From positions 560,374 through 624,373 of the forward strand of contig CAVQWR010000001.1 in NCBI GenBank assembly GCA_963717695.1: 64,000 nt of DNA, in the 5' to 3' direction. This DNA comes from an uncultured beta proteobacterium (GTDB taxonomy: Bacteria; Pseudomonadota; Gammaproteobacteria; Burkholderiales; Casimicrobiaceae). Position numbers and translations under genes: made by a program. Below are positions 39,363-50,018 of the stretch, piece by piece (the stretch's first letter is position 1; every line of letters begins with the position of its first letter). The notes below the pieces were generated by a model. That model had not been told where the DNA came from. It was given only the letters and a program-made list of their open reading frames with translations, and searched no databases.

Positions 39363-40271
39363 GTGTCGAAACACCCAGAACCGAGGGCATCTGAATTGCA
39401 GTGGTCTGATCTCATTCGTATCGCCGTCGCCGCTGCGTTCGCCGCAGTCTGCGCGGCGTGCACCGTGGTGCCGCCAGTGCAGCAAGCCTTCGCGCTGGGA
39501 CACGACGGTGCGGTCGTCGGTCGGGCGCTGCCATGTTCCAGAGACGACGCGGTTGCCGGCGGCGCGAGCCTGCCCGAAGCCCTGCCCTCCCCGCTGTTGC
39601 GGATAGTGAGCTGGAACCTCCACAAGAACGAGGATCCGGGCTGGAATGCAGATCTTGCTCGCTTCGCCGAGGGCAGCGACCTCGTGCTGATCCAGGAAGC
39701 GGCACTGACTGCCGAGCTGCAACAGGTGCTGGGCCATGCGGGCTACGACTGGCTGCTCGCGGGCGCGTTCACGCTGAACGGGCACGAAACGGGCGTACTC
39801 ACCGCAGCGCGCGTGCGCCCGGTGAGCGCCTGCACGCAGCGCTCCTTCGAGCCGCTGCTGCAGCTGCCCAAGTCCGCGCTGATCACACGCTATTTGATGC
39901 ACGGAATCGACGGCACACTTGCCGTCGCGAATCTGCATTCCATCAACTTCACGCTTGGGCTGGGCGAATACCGCGCGCAGTTCGAGGCGATCGCGCAGGA
40001 ACTTGCCAATCACCGTGGGCCCGTGATCGTCGCCGGCGACTTCAACACCTGGAATCCGGCACGTGTCGAAGTCGTCGCGGACGTCATGCAGCGCCTGGGT
40101 CTGGCCCCGGTGTTGCCTCAGGTCGACGGGCGCAGTCGGTTCCTCGGCCGCCAGGTCGATTACATCTTCGTCCGCGGGCTCGATGTCGTGGACGCGGCTG
40201 CGCCTGAAGTCGGATCGTCGGACCACAATCCCATGCGGGCGACGTTGCGCGTCACGGGGACACGACCCTGA
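39363..40271 (+). CDS. Endonuclease/exonuclease/phosphatase (EEP) family protein, probable lipoprotein or secreted
   Basis: SWNLHK.., LIQEA, AGDFNTW and the C-terminal SSDHNP motif. Hydrophobic N-terminus ending ..AAVCAAC. Confidence 0.75.
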   Translation: MSKHPEPRASELQWSDLIRIAVAAAFAAVCAACTVVPPVQQAFALGHDGAVVGRALPCSRDDAVAGGASLPEALPSPLLRIVSWNLHKNEDPGWNADLARFAEGSDLVLIQEAALTAELQQVLGHAGYDWLLAGAFTLNGHETGVLTAARVRPVSACTQRSFEPLLQLPKSALITRYLMHGIDGTLAVANLHSINFTLGLGEYRAQFEAIAQELANHRGPVIVAGDFNTWNPARVEVVADVMQRLGLAPVLPQVDGRSRFLGRQVDYIFVRGLDVVDAAAPEVGSSDHNPMRATLRVTGTRP

Positions 40272-40469
40272 CACGGATCACGGCCGCGGATTGCGATGCG
40301 ACAAATTGCCAACTCTCCTAGGCTGTTTGCTAACATTGCCGACGGAAGACAGTCCAACGTCCCGGCCAGCCCGCATTGCGGCGATGCCTTTTCCGGCGTT
40401 CAAAGCGACGCTTTCCGGCGCGCCGTGGCCATTCGGGGTGCGACTTGCGACCTGGAATGCGGAGGATGG

Positions 40470-40692
40470 ATGAAACCCAAGAGGACACTTGCGTGGCATG
40501 CGATCGTGGCATTCCTCATTGTCGGACTCGCCGGTTGCGCGTCCGAGACCCGCACGCGGGCCGAACTATCGGTCGGCGGAAGGCGTCCCCGTTGCCGTGT
40601 TTACCGGAGAGTTCATCGATGGGAAACCGCTCTATCGCCTGCCGCGCATGGAGGTCCTGGGCTGGCGCAGCAGCATCGAGCCCGATACTTGA
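40470..40692 (+). pseudogene. Small lipoprotein, reading frame broken once as sequenced
   Basis: SD GGAGGA, then the lipobox signal MKPKRTLAWHAIVAFLIVGLAGC in one frame. A GC3-rich continuation NYRSAEGVPVAVFTGEFIDGKPLYRLPRMEVLGWRSSIEPDT* is in the +1 frame. The break is about 40545-40565. Confidence 0.4.
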
Positions 40693-40824
40693 GTGCAGAT
40701 GATTTCGGCGGCAATGATTGATTCGCCGCTCTACCGGCGTCACCGACGGGCGAAATGCCACGTGACGCTCAACTGAAACGCCTCACCGTCAAGCCGAGCG
40801 AACCGTACAGGAAGGAGTCAACCC

Positions 40825-41343
40825 ATGCGCCAGATCGTTCATGCGGGTCAAACGTCAACACTTTCGGCGATGGCCATGGTTGCTGCCGTCGCACTTGCTC
40901 CGCTCCCGGCAGCCGCGGATCCGGGCTCGGGCACGATCAGCTACCAGAGCAAGGCCGGCGCCGTCGCCATCAACGTCGCAAACGTGTACCTGGTCACCGG
41001 ACCCGACTCGGCGAGCGGAAAGACCATCCGCCAGCTTGTCTTCACCTCGGCAGACCTGGGCCCGAAAATTCAGGCATGCGCGACGCTGTCGTGCGTCAGC
41101 GGCAACGTGTCGGAAGGGATGACCGTCGATTTCGACGCAGGACCGCGCCTCAACTACTGGGTCGTTGGAAACGGTCAGAAGATCCAGTATTCCGGAACCG
41201 CCAGACCCGACGAGGTCCTCAAGCTCACCGCCGACGGCGCGGACCGCCTCACCGGAACCCTCACCATCGACGACAGTGCGGCGGGAGGCGCCAAGGCGAC
41301 CGTCAAGTTCGACGCGAAGAGCGTCAAGCAATTCAGCAAGTGA
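40825..41343 (+). CDS. Hypothetical secreted protein
   Basis: SD AAGGAG 8 nt upstream and signal-like ..[19 protein letters not shown]. No family recognised. Confidence 0.6.
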   Translation: MRQIVHAGQTSTLSAMAMVAAVALAPLPAAADPGSGTISYQSKAGAVAINVANVYLVTGPDSASGKTIRQLVFTSADLGPKIQACATLSCVSGNVSEGMTVDFDAGPRLNYWVVGNGQKIQYSGTARPDEVLKLTADGADRLTGTLTIDDSAAGGAKATVKFDAKSVKQFSK

Positions 41344-41361
41344 CGCCGGCGCGGGGGGTGC

Positions 41362-41455
41362 TGGCGGAGACGCAGGGATTCGAACCCTGGATACACCTTT
41401 TTGGGCGTATGCTCCCTTAGCAGGGGAGTGCCTTCGACCACTCGGCCACGTCTCC
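41362..41455 (-). tRNA. tRNA-Ser (anticodon GCU)
   Basis: The reverse complement reads GGAGACGTGGCCGAGTGGTCGAAGGCACTCCCCTGCTAAGGGAG...GGGTTCGAATCCCTGCGTCTCCGCCA. It has a long variable arm, anticodon loop CTGCTAA and an encoded CCA. Confidence 0.95.
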
Positions 41456-41534
41456 GTTGAACGCGCGCCATTGTACCGCAGGCGCCGGCCCGCGTCAAAC
41501 GGATGCGGCGAAAACCCGCAGGAAAAACCGATAG

Positions 41535-42783
41535 TTACGCAGCCTTCGGCGCCTGGTCCAGCCCGAAGACGTTGTGCAGCACGCGCACCGCGAGCTCGAG
41601 GTACTTCTCGTCGATCACGACGGAGATCTTGATCTCGGAGGTCGAGATCATCTGGATGTTGATGCCCTCGTTCGACAGCGCCTTGAACATCTTCGACGGC
41701 GATGCCGGTGTGCGAGCGCATGCCGATGCCGATCGCGGACACCTTGCAGATCCGGTTGTCGCCGATGATCTCGCGCGCCTTGAAGACCTTGCCGCGCTCG
41801 CGCGAGAGCACGTCGAGCGCCTTCTGGTATTCGGAGCGGTTCACCGTGAACGAGAAGTCGGTGTGGCCGGATGCGCCGATGTTCTGCACGATCATGTCGA
41901 CGTCGATGTTGGCGTCGGCGATCGGGCCGAGGATCGCGTAGGCGACGCCGGGCTTGTCCTCGACGCCCATCACCGAGATCTTCGCTTCGTCGCGGGTGAA
42001 TGCAATGCCGGAAATGATCGCCTGTTCCATGGCTTCGTCTTCCTCGAATGTGATGAGCGTGCCCTTCGACGTCGATTCGGGATCCTCGAACGACGACAGC
42101 ACGCGCAGCTTGACCTTGTACTTGCCGGCGAACTCCACCGAGCGGATCTGCAGCACCTTGGAGCCGAGGCTCGCCATCTCGAGCATTTCCTCGAACGTGA
42201 TGGTGTCGAGCCGCCGCGCCTCGGGGACGATGCGCGGATCGGTCGTGTAGACGCCGTCGACGTCGGTGTAGATCTGGCACTCGTCGGCCTTGAGCGCGGC
42301 GGCGAGCGCCACGCCCGAGGTGTCGGAGCCGCCGCGGCCGAGCGTCGTGATGTTGCCGTCGGCGTCGATGCCCTGGAAGCCGGCGACGATGACGACGGTG
42401 CCGGCCGCGAGATCGGCGCGCATCGGCGCCTCGTCGATCGACAGGATGCGCGCCTTGGTGAACGCGCTGTCGGTGACGATGCGCACCTGTCCGCCGGTGT
42501 AGCTCTTCGCCTTGACGCCCAGCTCGTGGAGCGCGATCGCGAGGAGGCCGATCGTGACCTGCTCGCCCGTTGCGGCGACGACGTCGAGCTCGCGCGGATC
42601 GGGATTCGGCGAGAGCTCGCGGGCGAGCCCGAGCAGGCGGTTGGTCTCGCCGCTCATCGCCGAGACGACGACGACGAGATCGTGGCCCTCGCGGTGATAG
42701 CGGGCAACGCGGCGCGCGACGTTGCGGATGCGCTCGATGCTGCCGACGGACGTGCCGCCGTATTTCTGGACGATCAGGGACAT
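41535..42783 (-). pseudogene. lysC: Aspartate kinase, one frame break near the 3' end as sequenced
   Basis: [15 protein letters not shown].. through ..GMRSHTGIA is in one frame. The ACT-domain tail [53 protein letters not shown] is in another. The break is near 41697 (atcgccGtcgaag). The length 1249 equals 3n+1. Confidence 0.9.
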
Positions 42784-42824
42784 GGCGATGCGATCGCGTC
42801 CTCGAGGGACGCGTCAGGGGCTTT

Positions 42825-44065
42825 TCAGAGCGTGCGGAATAGGATGGTGGCGTTGGTGCCGCCGAAGCCGAACGAATTCGACAGCGCGGCGCGGATCTTC
42901 ATGTCGCGGGCGGTGAGCGGAACGAAGTCGAGGTCGCACTGCGGATCCTGGTTGACGAGGTTCGCGGTCGGCGGCGCCACCTGGTCGCGCAGCGCCAGCA
43001 CCGTGAACACCGCCTCGATGCCGCCCGCGGCGCCGAGCAGGTGTCCCGTCATCGACTTGGTCGAGCTGATGGCGAGCTTCTTCGCATGCTCGCCGAAGGC
43101 GCGGTTCACCGCGACGCATTCCGCCACGTCGCCGAGCGGCGTCGACGTTCCGTGCGCGTTGATGTAGTCGATGTCGTCGGGATTGAGCTTCGCGTTGGCC
43201 ATCGCGTTGCGCATGCTGCGCATGCCGCCGCGCCCGTCCTCGGGCGGCGCCGTGATGTGATGCGCGTCGGCACTCATCCCGTAGCCCGCGAGCTCGCAGT
43301 AGATGTGCGCGCCGCGCGCCTTCGCATGCTCGTATTCCTCGAGGACCAGCACGCCGGCGCCCTCGCCCAGCACGAAGCCGTCGCGGTCGCGGTCCCAGGG
43401 ACGCGACGCCGTCGCGGGGTCGTCGTTGCGCGTCGACAGCGCGCGCGAGGCGCAGAACCCGCCCATGGCAACCGCGCACACCGTGGACTCGGACGCCGCC
43501 CGCCACCATCACGTCCGCGTCGCCGTATTCGATGATGCGGGCGGCCTCGCCGAGGCTGTGGTTCGCGGTCGAGCAAGCGCTGACGATCGCGAGGTTCGGG
43601 CCTTCGAATCCGTAATGGATCGACGCCAGCCCCGAGACCATGTTGATGATCGATCCCGGAATGAAGAACGGCGAGATCTTGCGCACGCCGCCGCGCATGA
43701 AATCGGCCTTCGTTTCCTCGATCAGCGGCAGCCCGCCGATGCCGGAGCCGATGCACACGCCGACCCGCTCGCGGTCACCTGCGTAGTTCTCGATGCCCGG
43801 CGTCGCGCACGGCTTCCATCGTGGCGACGAGCCCGTAATGGATGAACGTGTCGTAGCGGCGGGCTTCCTTCGCCGAAAGGTACTTGCCGACGTCGAAGTC
43901 CCTGACCTCGGCGGCGATCCGCGTCGGAAACGTCGACGCGTCGAAGCGCGTGATCGGCCCCACGCCCGAGCGCGCATTCCGGATCGAGTCCCACGCGGCA
44001 GGCACGCCGACGCCCACCGGCGAGACGATCCCGAGTCCGGTGACGACGATGCGACGACGGGTCAT
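42825..44065 (-). pseudogene. fabF: 3-oxoacyl-ACP synthase II, two frame breaks as sequenced
   Basis: The N-terminus MTRRRIVVTGLGIVSPVG.., the middle ..IVSACSTANHSLGEA.. and the C-terminus ..HGTSTPLGD..SNSFGFGGTNATILF are in three frames. Single-nt insertions lie at the GGG run 43796-43798 and near 43494 (ggcggcGtccgag). The length 1241 equals 3n+2. Confidence 0.9.
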
Positions 44066-44200
44066 TGGGAGGTCGGCTGAATGGTTGCGGACGAGAATCG
44101 CGGCGAGCGGCACGTCCCGGATCCGGATCGGGCCCCGGTGCGCCGCCGCGGTCGAAGGCAGGGTGGGCCGGACGAGACCGGCCGCGCCCGCCCCGGAAAC

Positions 44201-44440
44201 TCACTTCTTGACGTGCGAGCCGATGTAGTCGACCGCCTGCTGGACGGTCGTGATCTTTTCGGCTTCCTCGTCGGGGATCTCGGTCTCGAACTCCTCCTCG
44301 AGCGCCATCACGAGCTCCACGGTGTCCAGCGAATCGGCGCCGAGGTCGTCGACGAACGACGATTCATTCTTGATCTCGGCCTCGTTGACTCCAAGCTGCT
44401 CAGCGACGATCTTCTTGACTCGCTGTTCGACGTTTTCCAT
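44201..44440 (-). CDS. acpP: Acyl carrier protein
   Basis: [38 protein letters not shown]. 79 aa. Confidence 0.95.
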   Translation of the reverse strand: MENVEQRVKKIVAEQLGVNEAEIKNESSFVDDLGADSLDTVELVMALEEEFETEIPDEEAEKITTVQQAVDYIGSHVKK

Positions 44441-44545
44441 GCATCTCCTCCCGAAGCGGGGACGTTGATTCAAATCCCGGGGATTTTACCAGAATACCTG
44501 CCGCCGCCCGCGTTGCGGGGCGAGGCCGGAAACCTGGCCCCGGTC

Positions 44546-45298
44546 CTACGTCATGTACATCCCGCCGTTGACGTGCAGCGTCGCGCCCGTGATGTAGGCG
44601 GCGGCGGGAGAAGCGAGAAAGCGCACGGCGTTTGCGATGTCGTCCGGACTGCCCAGCCGGCCGAGCGGAATCTTCTGCAGCAGCCCGGCGCGCTGGGGTT
44701 CGGTCAGCGCGCGCGTCATGTCGGTGTCGATGAATCCCGGCGCCACGCAGTTCACCGTGATGTTGCGGCTGCCGACTTCCTGCGCGAGGCTCTTGGTGAA
44801 TCCGATGAGCGCCGCCTTGCCCGCGGCGTAGTTCACCTGCCCCGGATTGCCGCTCGATCCGACCACCGAACCGATCTGGATGATCCGGCCGGAACGCGCC
44901 TTCATCATGCCGCGCATCACGGCCTTCGCGAGCCGGTACGCGGGCTTCACGTTCGTCGCCATGATCGCGTCCCACTCCTCCTCCTTCATCCGCAGGAGCA
45001 GGTTGTCGCGCGTGATGCCGGCGTTGTTGACGAGGATGGTCACCGCTCCGAATTTCGCTTCGATCGCGGCCAGTTCGGCATCGACGGCGGCGCCGTCGCT
45101 GACATCGAGACGGATCCCCGTTCCGGGATTTCCCGCAGCCTTCAGCGCATCCGTGATCTTGCCGGCACCCTCGTCCGTCGTCGCGGTGCCGATCACGGTG
45201 GCGCCGTCCTCGGCGAGTCCCAGCGCGATCGCGCGCCCGATGCCGCGCGTCGCGCCCGTGACGAGCGCGATCTGTCCTGTCAGTGCAGTGCCGGCCAT
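44546..45298 (-). CDS. fabG: 3-oxoacyl-ACP reductase
   Basis: TGATRGIGRAIA and YAAGKAAL SDR motifs. It occupies the expected position between fabD and acpP. Confidence 0.95.
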   Translation of the reverse strand: MAGTALTGQIALVTGATRGIGRAIALGLAEDGATVIGTATTDEGAGKITDALKAAGNPGTGIRLDVSDGAAVDAELAAIEAKFGAVTILVNNAGITRDNLLLRMKEEEWDAIMATNVKPAYRLAKAVMRGMMKARSGRIIQIGSVVGSSGNPGQVNYAAGKAALIGFTKSLAQEVGSRNITVNCVAPGFIDTDMTRALTEPQRAGLLQKIPLGRLGSPDDIANAVRFLASPAAAYITGATLHVNGGMYMT

Positions 45299-45320
45299 CA
45301 GGCCTCCCGTTATTGAGTGG

Positions 45321-46253
45321 TCACGCGGCGAGCGTCGCCGTCACCGTGGCGATGTCGGCGCCGGCGTCGAGCGCCAGCCCCTTGAGGTTGCGGTCGATGC
45401 GCTTGGTCATGCCCGCGAGCACGCGGCCCGGCCCGCACTCGACCACGTGCGTCACGCCGCGCGCGGCAATGGCCTCGATCGTCTCGACCCAGCGCACCGG
45501 GCTCGCGGCCTGGCGCGCGAGCGCCGCGCGGATCGCGTCGGGGTCCCGCTTTTCCGCGACGTCGACATTGTGGAGTACGGGAATCCGCGGCGGCACGAAC
45601 GCGACTTGCGCGAGGCGCGCCGCGAGACGCTCCGCCGCGGGCCGCATCAGCGAGCTGTGGAATGGCGCCGAGACCGGCAGCAGCACGCCGCGCTTTGCGC
45701 CGCGCGCCGTCGCCGCGTCGATCGCGCGCTCGACGGCGGCGCGATGCCCGGCGATGACGATCTGCTCCGGCGTGTTGAAGTTGACCGGCTCGACCACCTG
45801 CCCTTGCGCCGCTTCGGCGCACGCGGCCACGACACCTTCGGCGTCGAGGCCGAGGATCGCCGCCATCGCGCCGACGCCGGCGGGGACGGCCTCCTGCATC
45901 GCCTGCGCGCGAAAGCGCACCAGCGGCAGCGCGTCCTTGAAGGCGAGCGCGCCCGATGCGACGAGCGCCGTGTATTCGCCGAGGCTGTGCCCCGCGACCA
46001 CCGCGGGCGCGGCGCCGCCCGCGGCGTTCCACGCGCGCCACACGGCGATGCCCGCCGTCAGCATCACGGGCTGCGTGTTGACGGTCTGGTTGAGATCGGC
46101 GTCGCTGCCCGCGGTCACGAGCTGCCAGAGATCCTGCCCCAGGATGTCCGAGGCCTCGGCAAACGTTGCCTGCACGTCGGGATAGCCGTCGAAGCCGGCC
46201 ATCATCCCGACCGACTGCGAGCCCTGCCCCGGAAACACGAATGCGAATGTCAT
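45321..46253 (-). CDS. fabD: Malonyl-CoA-ACP transacylase
   Basis: FVFPGQGSQ and GHSLGEYTALV motifs. 310 aa. Confidence 0.95.
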   Translation of the reverse strand: MTFAFVFPGQGSQSVGMMAGFDGYPDVQATFAEASDILGQDLWQLVTAGSDADLNQTVNTQPVMLTAGIAVWRAWNAAGGAAPAVVAGHSLGEYTALVASGALAFKDALPLVRFRAQAMQEAVPAGVGAMAAILGLDAEGVVAACAEAAQGQVVEPVNFNTPEQIVIAGHRAAVERAIDAATARGAKRGVLLPVSAPFHSSLMRPAAERLAARLAQVAFVPPRIPVLHNVDVAEKRDPDAIRAALARQAASPVRWVETIEAIAARGVTHVVECGPGRVLAGMTKRIDRNLKGLALDAGADIATVTATLAA

Positions 46254-46292
46254 CGAAGATTGAGAACGGAGTGGGAAATCACGGAATGCGCG

Positions 46293-47249
46293 TCACCAGA
46301 CGAGGAACACCGAACCCCAGGTGAAACCGCCGCCGACGCCCAGCAGCAGCACACGGTGCCCCGGCTGCAGGCGGCCGTCGCGCACCGCCTCGTCGAGCGC
46401 CAGCGGAATCGAAGCGGCGGATGTGTTCGCGTGCCGGTCGACCGTGGTCACGACCTTGCTGTCCGGAATGCCGAGCTTGTGCGCAGTCGAGTGGATGATC
46501 CGGATATTCGCCTGGTGCGCCACCATCCAGTCGATCGATTCGGCCGTCGCGTGGTTCCGGTCGAGCGCCTCGTGCGCCGCCTCGGCCAGCACCTTGACTG
46601 CGAACTTGAACACCGCGCTGCCGTTCATGTGCACGAACGGCGTGCCGACGACGGCGCCATTGGCGACGGTGCCGGGCACGCACAGCATCTCGCGGTGATG
46701 GCCGTCGGCGTGCAGGTGCGACGACAGGATGCCCGGCGCTTCTGAGGGAACCAGCACCACGGCGCCGGCACCGTCGCCGAACAGGATGCAGGTGCCGCGA
46801 TCGTTCCAGTCGAGGATGCGCGAGTAGATCTCGGCGCCGACGACGAGCGCATTGCGCGCCATGCCGCTCGCGACGAGGCGGTCGGCGATCGCAAGCGCGT
46901 AGACGAATCCGCTGCACACGGCCTGCACGTCGAACGCGGGACCACCCGCGGCGCCGAGCTTCGCCTGCAGGATCGTGGCCGTCGACGGGAAGATCATGTC
47001 CGGCGTCGAGGTCGCGACGATGATCAGGTCGACGTCCGCCGGTGCGATGCCGGCCGCGGCGAGCGCCTTGCGCGCCGCGTGCTCCGCGAGGTCGCTCGTC
47101 TGCTCGTCGGGCGCGGCGATCCGGCGTTCGCGGATGCCGGTGCGCTCGCGGATCCACGCGTCCGACGTGTCGAGGCGCTGCGACAGCTCGTCGTTGGTCA
47201 GTACCTTTGCCGGCAGGTAACCGCCGGTGCCGACGATGCGGCTATGCAT
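46293..47249 (-). CDS. fabH: 3-oxoacyl-ACP synthase III
   Basis: CSGFVYAL (Cys), HQANIRI (His) and GGGFTWGS motifs. It overlaps the plsX stop by 8 nt. Confidence 0.95.
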   Translation of the reverse strand: MHSRIVGTGGYLPAKVLTNDELSQRLDTSDAWIRERTGIRERRIAAPDEQTSDLAEHAARKALAAAGIAPADVDLIIVATSTPDMIFPSTATILQAKLGAAGGPAFDVQAVCSGFVYALAIADRLVASGMARNALVVGAEIYSRILDWNDRGTCILFGDGAGAVVLVPSEAPGILSSHLHADGHHREMLCVPGTVANGAVVGTPFVHMNGSAVFKFAVKVLAEAAHEALDRNHATAESIDWMVAHQANIRIIHSTAHKLGIPDSKVVTTVDRHANTSAASIPLALDEAVRDGRLQPGHRVLLLGVGGGFTWGSVFLVW

Positions 47250-48300
47250 CGGCGGCCTGCGGCGCGCTCGATGGGACCGCGGGCTGCACGGGCGTGACGG
47301 GCATCGACGCCATCTGCTGCGCGATCTTCTCCAGCACGCCGTGCTTCGCTTCGGCGTGGGCCTTCATCAGCGCGTGCCGGAAGGCGAGGATGTCCGCGCC
47401 GCCGTGGCTTTTCACGACGACGCCCTTGAGACCGATCAGCGTCGCGCCGTTGTGCCGGCGCGGGTCGATCCTGCGCTTGAATCCCATCAGCACGGGATAG
47501 GCGGTGAGCGCCGCCAGCCTGGTGAGCGGGTTGCGCGTGAACTCCGACTTCAGGAATTCGTAGAGCATCGTCACGAGGCCCTCGGACGCCTTCAGCATCA
47601 CGTTGCCGACGAAGCCGTCGCAGACGACGACTTCGGTGGTGCCCTTGAAGATGTCGTTGCCCTCGACGTTGCCGACGAAATTGAGTCCTGACACCTTGAG
47701 CAGCTCGCCGGTGCGCTTCGCGAGGTCGTTGCCCTTGATGTCCTCCTCGCCGACGTTGAGGAGGCCGACGGTCGGCCGCTCGATGCCGTCGACCGCAGTC
47801 ACGAGCGCGGAGCCCATGGCGGCGAACTGGACCAGCTGCTCGGGCGTGCAGTTGACGTTGGCGCCGAGGTCGAGCACCGTCGTCACGCCTTTCCTCGTCG
47901 GCAGCTGCGACGCGATCGCGGGGCGATCGATGCCGGGCAGCGTCTTCAGCACGAAGCGCGCGATCGCCATCAGAGCGCCGGTGTTGCCGGCGGAGACGCA
48001 GGCCTGCGCGCTGCCCTCCTTGACGAGATTGATGGCGACCCGCATCGACGAGTCTTTCTTGTGCCGCAAGGCGTCGGCCGGAGGCTCGTGCATCTCGACC
48101 ACTTCGGCGGCATGACGGAGGACGAGGCGTCCCGATGTGCTCGAGCGGAGCTTCGCGAGGACGGCGCGCATCGGCGCGTCCTGCCCGACCGCGATCACCG
48201 CGGCGTCCGGCGTCGCCTCGAGGAACGCGAGCGCGGCCGGCAGCGTGACCGAAGGGCCATGATCGCCTCCCATCGCGTCGACGGCTACCGTGATCGTCAT
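47242..48300 (-). CDS. plsX: Phosphate acyltransferase
   Basis: [13 protein letters not shown]-terminus, 352 aa, in the conserved rpmF-plsX-fabH context. Confidence 0.95.
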   Translation of the reverse strand: MTITVAVDAMGGDHGPSVTLPAALAFLEATPDAAVIAVGQDAPMRAVLAKLRSSTSGRLVLRHAAEVVEMHEPPADALRHKKDSSMRVAINLVKEGSAQACVSAGNTGALMAIARFVLKTLPGIDRPAIASQLPTRKGVTTVLDLGANVNCTPEQLVQFAAMGSALVTAVDGIERPTVGLLNVGEEDIKGNDLAKRTGELLKVSGLNFVGNVEGNDIFKGTTEVVVCDGFVGNVMLKASEGLVTMLYEFLKSEFTRNPLTRLAALTAYPVLMGFKRRIDPRRHNGATLIGLKGVVVKSHGGADILAFRHALMKAHAEAKHGVLEKIAQQMASMPVTPVQPAVPSSAPQAADA

Positions 48301-48435
48301 GGCGAGGTCGGCGTGTTGCGCGTCATTGTCGAGGAAGGCGCTCCGCGCGCGGCAAGCGCGCGGCGACGGCGGAAGTTTACAACGCCGCGGCGACGGCGCG
48401 CGGCGGACGGCGCGGCGTGGAGGCCGCTGCCGCGA

Positions 48436-48618
48436 CTACTCGTCCGACTTCGTCTTCACGACCTTGCGGCCGCGGTAGTAGCCCGTGGGGCTCACGTGGT
48501 GGCGCAGGTGCACCTCGCCCGTGACCGGCTCGACCGCGAGCGACGGCGTGGGGAGGAAATCGTGCGCGCGATGCATGCCGCGCTTCGACGGCGACTTCTT
48601 GTTCTGCTGGACAGCCAT
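48436..48618 (-). CDS. rpmF: 50S ribosomal protein L32
   Basis: [20 protein letters not shown].. 60 aa. Confidence 0.95.
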   Translation of the reverse strand: MAVQQNKKSPSKRGMHRAHDFLPTPSLAVEPVTGEVHLRHHVSPTGYYRGRKVVKTKSDE

Positions 48619-48671
48619 GTGCTTCTCCTGATGAAAATTCGGTCAATCCGCCGCGCGGAGCCGATGTCGGC

Positions 48672-49232
48672 CTAGCGCGGCTTCCTGCGTGGCTTGCTCT
48701 TCAGCGCGCCCAGTGCGGCGAACGGCGATGCGCCGCCTTCGCGGGCCGGCGCGCCCATCGCTTCCGCCTGCACGACGCAATCCGCCTTTTCGCAATGCGG
48801 CGCGAAGGGCAGCGTCAACAGCAATTCGTCCTCGACCAGCGGCAGCGGATCCAGCACGTCCTCGGCAAGGATGACTTCGTGCACGTCGTCCTCGTCCAGC
48901 GCCACCAGCTCGCGCTCGTTCCTCGCGAGCAGCACCAGCGTCTCCTGCCGCACCGGCCACGCAAAGGTCCGCATGCAGCGCTGGCATTCGAGCGGCAGCG
49001 ATCCTTCCAGCGCGATGGAAAGCGCCGGCCTGCCGATCGCGTCGGCCGCACCTTCGATGCGCCACTGGAGCTTCGCGTCGGCGCCCTCGTCCGCAATCCG
49101 GTCGGCGATCTTCGGCAGCGCTTCCGCGGCGACCGTGCCCGACATCGACCCGCGCCGCGCGGAGAGGTCCCACGCGTCGAAGGCCGTGCCGCGACGACCC
49201 GTCGATGCTTCCCGCCCGGCCATGCGCCACAC
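48672..49232 (-). CDS. yceD: YceD/DUF177 family protein
   Basis: It lies immediately upstream of rpmF. It has the CQRC..C motifs and an acidic C-terminal part typical of DUF177. The start is uncertain. Confidence 0.8.
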   Translation of the reverse strand: MWRMAGREASTGRRGTAFDAWDLSARRGSMSGTVAAEALPKIADRIADEGADAKLQWRIEGAADAIGRPALSIALEGSLPLECQRCMRTFAWPVRQETLVLLARNERELVALDEDDVHEVILAEDVLDPLPLVEDELLLTLPFAPHCEKADCVVQAEAMGAPAREGGASPFAALGALKSKPRRKPR

Positions 49233-49353
49233 TCCTTCGGAGCCTCAACTGCCTGTTGCCGCCTGATGCCGCCTTGCCACGGCCCGCGAACTCGTGCTGG
49301 GCCGGTCGGCGAAAACGTTGGATAATAGCGCGATCTTCGGGCTGTGTCAAAAA

Positions 49354-49998
49354 ATGTCAGCAAAAACAACAGCCAGACCCCATTCCACCGATCTGCCGAG
49401 CCACCCGGCGATGCGCCCGCTGGTCCTTGCCTCGACGTCGCGCTACCGCGCCGACCTGATCCGGCGCCTCGGCCTGCCTTTTGCGACGTTTGCGCCGGGC
49501 GTCGACGAAGTCGCGCGCGCCGGCGAGGCGCCCGCCGCGACGGCCCTCCGGCTCGCCGAGGCCAAGGCCCGCGCCGCCGCGAACACCCATCCCGATGCGC
49601 TGATCGTCGGCTCCGATCAGGTCGCGGCGTGCGGACCCGAAGCGATCGGCAAGCCGGGCAGCCACGAGAACGCCGTGGCGCAGCTCCGCCGGCTTTCGGG
49701 CAAGTCGGTCGTGTTTCACACGGGGCTCGCGCTGCTCGACAGCGCGACCGGGGTCTGCCGCAGCGAGTGCATCGACGTCGTCAGCACGTATCGCGCGCTG
49801 ACCGACGCGGAGATCGAGGCGTACCTCCGGCGTGAAAAGCCCTACGATTGCGCGGGTTCGGTGAAGTCCGAGGGCCTTGGCATCGCGCTCTTCGAGCGCA
49901 TTGCGAGTGACGATCCGACGGCACTCATCGGACTGCCGCTGATACGGCTCTCCGCGCTGCTGCGCGCGGCCGGCGTTGCCGTTCCGCCGCTTCGCTGA
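49354..49998 (+). CDS. maf: Maf-like nucleoside triphosphate pyrophosphatase
   Basis: ..LVLASTSRYRADLIRRLGLPF.., SDQV and YDCAGSVKSEGLGIALFE motifs. It is divergent from yceD, as in many proteobacteria. The start may be the internal Met at 49411. Confidence 0.85.
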   Translation: MSAKTTARPHSTDLPSHPAMRPLVLASTSRYRADLIRRLGLPFATFAPGVDEVARAGEAPAATALRLAEAKARAAANTHPDALIVGSDQVAACGPEAIGKPGSHENAVAQLRRLSGKSVVFHTGLALLDSATGVCRSECIDVVSTYRALTDAEIEAYLRREKPYDCAGSVKSEGLGIALFERIASDDPTALIGLPLIRLSALLRAAGVAVPPLR

Positions 49999-50018
49999 GA
50001 CCGCTGCCGATATTCGCG

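Noticed and set aside
40855-42783. 642-aa ORF that would extend aspartate kinase by more than 200 residues
   Set aside because: It is read-through caused by the frame break near 41697. The extension runs across the tRNA-Ser gene and antisense to the secreted-protein gene. The true LysC tail is readable in the neighbouring frame and ends at 41535.
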